Assembly (NCBI RefSeq): GCF_964204645.1
Contig: NC_134027.1
Span: 9,704,485-9,768,484 of the forward strand
Origin: Tubulanus polymorphus
Lineage: Eukaryota > Animalia > Nemertea
Length of the DNA stretch: 64,000 bases
Direction of reading: 5' to 3'
Numbering within the stretch: position 1 is the first letter of the stretch; each line of letters starts with the position of its first letter. Of this stretch, positions 43,704 through 50,300 are shown piece after piece. The notes under the pieces were generated by a model. That model had not been told where the DNA came from and made no database searches. It saw only the letters and a program-made list of their open reading frames with translations. A program made the position numbers and the translations under genes.

Positions 43704-43859
43704 ATCGATTCAAGCTGTAGTACTTTATTACTGAATTTTCGGGCATAATTCTTCCACCCATCCTCAGAGTTTATTTCATTTTCAAATAAACTCTGAGGAG
43801 GGATGGAAGAATTCTGCCAGAGACGCCAGTAAAAAAGTTCACAGCTTTAGTGAATCGAT
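43704..43859. mobile_element. About 155-bp imperfect palindrome (foldback/MITE-like)
   Basis: Nested inverted blocks atcgattca/tgaatcgat, agctgt/acagct, aattcttcca/tggaagaatt and tcctcagagtttattt/aaataaactctgagga around a 7-nt loop. Confidence 0.7.
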
Positions 43860-44083
43860 ATTGTGGGTTCTCATATATTATTCATCGGGGCTGTGACTAA
43901 TCTCAACTTCCATGTGGAATGTCGGGAATAAACTGTGCCCGTGGAAACCGGGCCCTTCCTACTAATGATGTGTTTTATGACACCCCCTTATTAACTGGTT
44001 CTGAGGCGTTCCGTCACTATCTCCATATTCTATCGCTTCGGGTGAAAGCATCTTAAAGGCTTGTGTCACAGACTGGACTGGAC

Positions 44084-44129
44084 CTACGAGCAATCATCTC
44101 AGCTGATATGTTGAGATGATTGCTCGTAG
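44084..44129. repeat. 46-bp near-perfect hairpin flanked by direct repeat ACTGGAC
   Basis: ctacgagcaatcatctca pairs with tgagatgattgctcgtag (18 bp). ACTGGAC at 44077-44083 and 44130-44136. Confidence 0.85.
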
Positions 44130-45149
44130 ACTGGACAAACTAATATTTCTTCATTTTATGCATAGGCTTCGTAGCTATGGCTCTATATCTCTAGTGAATA
44201 TGATCTTCATCATCTGTTAACCTATCAATGATACAAGTAGGGTACCATCCGTAATTCGTGGGAACGCAACAGTCCTTCGGTGTGTGTTAACACGTCTCTA
44301 GCAAATTCTTAATAAAAGCTTCCTTCAAATGACTTTCACGAGATTAACCTTTTACAATTGACGCAGGCGACATTCATACTTACAAGATACATAGAGGACC
44401 GCGGTGTGTATAGAGATGACAATTTTGGACAATGACGACGGCAGAGTTTCGTATTGTCTGCCAACACGATTATGCGATATGAATACATAAATCGAGGCGA
44501 CGCGGCTGTAGCCAACGTCCATAATTACGTATGCATCAATAGAGCCACTGATTTGATTAATACGACCGATGTCGATTTCAGTGCAAAAATGGCCGCCAGA
44601 GCCACAACCGTTGGTAAACAATTACATGATTCTTGCTTGATTAGTCCAATTTGAGGTTAACAATTCGGACCTAACAATTATATTCAGTGCGGTGTGAATC
44701 TCGCAGCCCCCGATGATATCAATTTATCAAAATTAATATGCGCACCATGAAGCCATAACGGCATGCCTACCGTCATTCACAGTAATAATATTTTTGTTTT
44801 TGTATACTTGTATCATTTCGATCATACCATATAAACGTCTATTTAGAGATATAAATCCAATATATACGTATTCAGGCTTTATGCAACCCCACAAAAATAA
44901 TCGAAATTGGCTCCACGATGTCTTTCGTAGTCCCTGGCGTCCGTCAGAGGGAAAGATAATGGAATTAATTTTCGGACAATGAAGTTTATATACATTGTAT
45001 TTCATGAGAAGTATAAGTTAAAATTGAGATTAAAGATTACGAAAAAGCCTATCGATTTAATTCGTATAACGACAAGTCTTTTCAAAGAGAAGAGTTCCGG
45101 AAAAATCGAGTAGTTATCATTCTATTTTACGTAGACAATCTTGTGATAC

Positions 45150-45228
45150 TGGAGCGGAGTGTCGGACTCCGAACCTATCACCTCCGGCATGCCAGTCGAG
45201 CACGCTTACCACTAGGCCTTCTTCGACC
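45150..45228 (-). mobile_element. tRNA-derived SINE head or tRNA pseudogene
   Basis: Minus strand reads GGTCGAAGAAGGCCTAGTGGTAAGCGTGCTCGACTGGCATGCCGGAGGTGATAGGTTCGGAGTCCGACACTCCGCTCCA. It has A-box-like GGCCTAGTGG and B-box-like GGTTCGGAGTCC, but the acceptor and anticodon stems do not pair properly. Confidence 0.6.
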
Positions 45229-46399
45229 GCAAAGTGATGCCGTGATTAACAACGATAACGGTGAAAAGGTGAACTAACCTTCTACTCGCATGCCAACATG
45301 ACGCTATGCAGACCGGACTCAGAGAAAATTCTGAAATTCTCGGAACAGCTTTGAAACTATGCGACTAGCAGTATTTCTATCAAAAAATTAGTCGAAGCAA
45401 AATGGAAAAAGTAGAATTTGTATCGGGGAATTTGTGTTTTTGTTGGGGAGAGGTAGGAAAATGTTTTAAAGAAAGAATAAGATATTTAGAAATATCACTT
45501 AGAATTTTGGAATGATCCAGGGTATCGGTATCATTTATATCTCAATAAGGCGCTACATTCGGTCAGTAGGCCTTTTGTACTAAACATTTAAAGTCCGACG
45601 GTAGATGAGCTACTACTATATTAGTTCACAGATATTCCGCTATAATTATTCGTAGGGGCAGCACTGAATGGTCGAAAGCTGACTAGTTATCTCAGCGTGA
45701 GATCGGACCGCAAGCGACCAAACATCTTAGAATATACAGAACTAGCGAATTACAACAACAAAAAAACAAAGAGTCCGATTAGATTAACGGACTCTTTATC
45801 CTTTTCATCTTTATCTTGTTGAATCAATTTATTCTCATCACTCTACATCAACATGGTATAATGATAGTTAAGAGCCGCAATATCTAGAGCAACGTATCTA
45901 TTTTTCTCAAAGGCAAAATTGTTTATTGATATACAAATGTACAACTTCTTTTTAATTCCATTATTCTTGATCTCCTTATACTATAATTTAGACTGGAAAA
46001 ATAAAGTTACATCTTATCTTATGTCCCTCTGTATATCTGACTCATGTTGATCGGAGTGTCCAGTAAATGGATTCATCAACTTTGCATAATTTCTGGCACT
46101 GCCCGCTGGAAAAATACTATCTTCACATCCTATATTTTCACCAGTCCTGTAGTGTGGCGAGTCCACAGTGATCTCCGTCGATCCTAATTAGTCTACCCGT
46201 GGTACATACAAAGGTGCTTGGTGTACCTATATTATGATTATTTTCTAAATTCTTTGCAATAAAACGATTACCAGTAGGTTTCTTGGTGTTCTGCTCCACC
46301 TTGAAGGCACCTGGTGTCGCATGTGAGAGCCCCGAATACTTGAATGCATCGATTAAGAATTTCGGGGTTGATCATTGAAAATTGAATTGTAAAAGCTTA

Positions 46400-46490
46400 C
46401 CGTGGCAAGCGAGGGGGCGCTAGCGGCTGGTATCGATTCGGTGGCCGCATCGGATGACGTCACACGTCAATCGCGTTCAGCCATTTTATG
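46400..46490 (+). promoter_or_regulatory. Putative RBM5/10 promoter
   Basis: GC-rich patch with AGGGGGCGCTA (CTCF-like), TATCGAT (DRE-like), TGACGTCA (CRE) and GCCATTTT (YY1-like), just upstream of an AAG|GTAATT donor at 46541. Confidence 0.6.
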
Positions 46491-46540
46491 AGTGGAAGAC
46501 AGAGAGAAAATAGAAGTGTTATACCCGTTGAATATTCAAG
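46480..46540 (+). other. Putative first exon of RBM5/10 (5' end approximate; contains an ATG at 46488)
   Basis: Donor CAAG|GTAATT at 46541 directly downstream of the promoter motifs. Confidence 0.5.
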
Positions 46541-47146
46541 GTAATTTCGAATTTGCCATCGATTTAGTAACGTTCACAAAGAGCCAGGGCCAGTGAATGT
46601 CCGTAGAAAGTGATTGATTGTCTGCTGGATTTCTGAATAAATGTGTCGTAAAAAAGCAGGAAATCGTTGACGTTTTGCTTGGCCTTGTTCGTTGTGTGGA
46701 AGAAAGGTCAACAGGACGTTGTGGTCTCAGTCAGTTTTTTGTAGGTTGTACAAATCTGATATATGTCTTAAAAGGACGAGAATGGATAACAGTCGAACTA
46801 AAACGCGGATCACGAATTCCTTGCATACTGTCCTGTATTGATTGAAGGATTTATGCATTTTTGGTTCAAGTCACAACAAGAACTGTGTAGAACAACAAGC
46901 GAAGCAGATCAAAATGCCAAAAGCTTAGGCATCCAAGTGCAATATTGCAGTGTGGTCATTCACAGATCCTATTTTACATATTGTGTGGTGTATATTTATC
47001 AAAATATGCCTCATTTTTATTAAGGCACACAACCTGTACGGAAAGGACCCACCAAAAGATTATTCAAAAATGCAGTTGTTAGGGCTGAAAACCCATTAAC
47101 ATTGCTCCTCCATACCGCGGCTTTATTATTTTGATCAATATTTCAG

Positions 47147-47319
47147 ATGATGAACCATCACCCTCATCAACCGGCTGCGTTTATCCAATACGTGTTGCCA
47201 CACCCACAGTTTGTAATGCAGCCACCACTCGACCCTGCGGCATACACGGCCTTGGTCACTACTGCGGCGAACAGCGTCGCTGTTCCACCACCTGAGTTCA
47301 TACAGAAAGAAAGAGACAG
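47147..47319 (+). CDS. RBM5/10: RBM5/10 coding exon 1 (MMNHHPHQP...KERDR)
   Basis: tttcag|ATG and CAG|gtatgc; phase 2 fits the next exon; no recognisable homology. Confidence 0.65.
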
Positions 47320-50300
47320 GTATGCATTACCTCTTAAAACTTATTCTCACAGGTTGCTGCCATGAATACCCGGTAGTTCCTAGTGAAAAGAATTCAATAA
47401 ATGGGGTAGCTTTGAGCTCAGAGACATCAGTGCGTGTACACACTGGAGTCCTTGATTTCGGCCTACAAGCTTTTGTTCTGCTCAGTCCATTTACTGTAAT
47501 ATTTAAGTTTTAATTCATTAGGGATGATGCTTTCCCATTTACAGTAATACAGTGGAACCTCGCTATATTATAAGGAGGTTAAATTCCGAGGTCTTTATGA
47601 TAATGACCTTGGAATTTAACAATTTATCTGTTATTACAAACGTAGATTTTCACACCGGATACATTATTGTCTGTCACACCTGCTCTTCGTGCGACGTTTT
47701 GATCCGTTATTTCGTCAATAAACTGTTGATTTACCTTTATTATGCATCAATTTGTTCAGTAAGGAATTTGCATTCAGAATTAAACAACAATTTTCCCTAA
47801 AGTTGTTTTTGTTTTCATTTATGAGCGATAGTTTACTCAGCATACGATCACGTAATGCTTAAAAATCCGCTACGCAGACACTCGGAAACGTTACAGTGAC
47901 GTCATCATCTGCTCATTAGCATAACAAAATACAGTAGGTGGCGCCACGTGACGGGCCGGAAAAGCCGTTTTTCGGCATTACGCGAGCGTATGCTAGGTAA
48001 ACAATCGCTGATAAATGAAAACAAACAAATTTATGCCAATTCATAATTTATTTCTGAATGCAAATTCCTTACTGAACAAATTGATGCATAATATTCGCAG
48101 ATCAACTGACTATTAACAAAATTACGGACCAAAACGTCGCACGGAGAGCAGGTGTGACAGACAGATAGGCTACTTTCAATAATTTCAAACTGGATAGGCC
48201 TATAACAAATTATTGGTTAGGACGAACATATTTTCTAGTGCTCTGAAGTTCCAAAAGTTCCACTGTACTCAACAAAATGTTGGGGATGCTTTCCCAGTGA
48301 TTTAAAAACATGACGTAATGATATTTTCAGGGATTTAAGGAGAGAAGCCGCCGTTGCTCACATTGATCTGTTGCATGAACGTCGACAAGATGTAGATTAC
48401 AGAATCTTGGAAGAGGTAATGAATGCGTTTCAGTTAGTTTTGAGATAGCCGCCATTTTTAGAATAGATTTTCTGGCGTCAGAATCCTGTTGTGATGTCAC
48501 GTTCTCAATTATCCCTTTAAGTGCCGACAAAGAGATAATTTTAAAGATTTTTTTGAAATATTCCACTTTGTGTGTTGAATAGCGGGCATACTGCTATAGT
48601 GTGTCTACACCGTGGTGCGGTGTATTGTTGCATATTTCTCTATGTACAACAGGCGCTGCCATCTTTCAAAAGAGATAAAAACTAATGTCTAATAACATCA
48701 ATACATCGCGAGCCCATCACTGATATATATGCCGCATTGCGGTGAAGACGCAATGAAAGGGTTAAGTGTGATATTTCGCTTGAATTCATTGTAATCATTT
48801 CAGATTCATTTCCAGTTAATTTTCTATTAAGCTTGTATTTCTTGTAATGACTGAATAGTCGGTTCAGATTTTTTTAACGTGGTTAATTTCAGAATCGCCA
48901 TATCATCGACGACGGTTTACGTGAACAAGACCGAGGTGGTGGGGACAAATGGATGACTGACACGCCGACGAACACGATTCTCCTGCGCGGCTTACCCCAG
49001 GAAATCGACGAAAAAGATGTACGTTCTGAGTTCAGACGATGAACCTAAAACAACAGTTTGATATAATATTGGGGGGAATGCGCATTTGTTTCTGTTCAAA
49101 GGCTTGAATTTTAAAATTAAAAGAAAAAAAACTTCTTTTTTTGGTCATCCTAATTTTAAGTATTTATTACAGATAAGAGCTGAATTGATGTTATTTGGTG
49201 CTCCCGTCAAGGATGTTCGTTTGATGAAAAATAAATCAACAGGTAAGACACTTCGGTTCTGACGTCGTCGTTGACGATGACGTCAGTTCTCTTCTGAGTT
49301 TACTTTGGTTTAAACAACCCGGGGTCGACCTCACTGGAAGCTGGAAGCGTAACGGCAGGGTTTTAGCCTAACTATAGACGTGAAAAATCTTACGTATGAG
49401 ACGGGTGGGGAACACTATTTTTTTGGACATTCGTTGAAATCATTGGAAATAAATTTACGAGCTTCATCTAATATGCAGAGCTTTGAAACAGTTATTGACT
49501 CCAGAGAAATAATGTGTCTTCATTATCTTCATCCAATTTTGAGGACTTCCCTCAAACATGTTTGGATGTGGCACAAAGATTATTTTCCATGAATGAAAAT
49601 TGCATTTAGGATGTATGATGTAACAAAGGTAAAAATAAAAAGAATAATTATTGCAACCCTTGGATGCGTTGTGAGAATGGTAGGTATGGTATTGGTAAAA
49701 CCGGCATGCAGCTGCAGACAAATGAATGCCGCGGTAAGTATGAACAAGGCATGATAGGGTTGCAAAGGATGGTATGAACTTGTGTACATTTAGGTGTGTT
49801 GATATTCTACAAATAAGTCACAAATTATGATATATAGTTAAACCATGGCTGCGCTATGATACCTTCAAATTCTGATGTTGACAAGAAGATGTTAACATAC
49901 AGTTCATCTCGACCATTGATCTCAAGTTAGACAAGGCTTTACTGTGGTTACTGGTTACTGGTGCTACTAACTCTAGAAATGGGGCTTTTAAAGCTCTGAA
50001 GATTCATTTGAATTTTACCTGGTTTAACTATATACGTATTTTGTGACTTAAATTTAGGTAACCATATATTTTGGCGTTTTATTTACCGGAATACAATGCG
50101 ACTGCCTGTAGGTTTCACAATTATGGATGTTGAAGGTTACGCTTCCAGTGTCGGATCGGGCTTCCAGTGAGCGTCGCGGTGACCGTACGCGCACGAGTGA
50201 GAGGGCAAAAAAAATGACGGCAACAACCCAAACAACCGAAAGCGTTTTGCGGGTGTTAAAATTGTGTACGATATTTACCAGTGAACTAACTGAGCATTGT

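Noticed and set aside
4263-45005. Many 60-125 aa ORFs in the intergenic region (for example 6372-6620, 15384-15677, 18995-19372, 30256-30627)
   Set aside because: No recognisable domains, many non-ATG starts, AT-biased composition and no consistent exon chain; I saw no transposase or reverse-transcriptase remnants.
45150-45228. Functional tRNA gene
   Set aside because: Acceptor and anticodon stems do not pair and the T-loop has an extra base.
45665-45722. GGTCG-AAA-GCTGA...TCAGC...CGACC multi-stem as a ribozyme or ncRNA
   Set aside because: Lacks the CUGANGA core and the NUH site; stems are only 5 bp.
49651-49765. Box C/D snoRNA suggested by the terminal 10-bp stem
   Set aside because: No canonical RTGATGA box C or CTGA box D next to the stem; better explained as a splice-decoy region.
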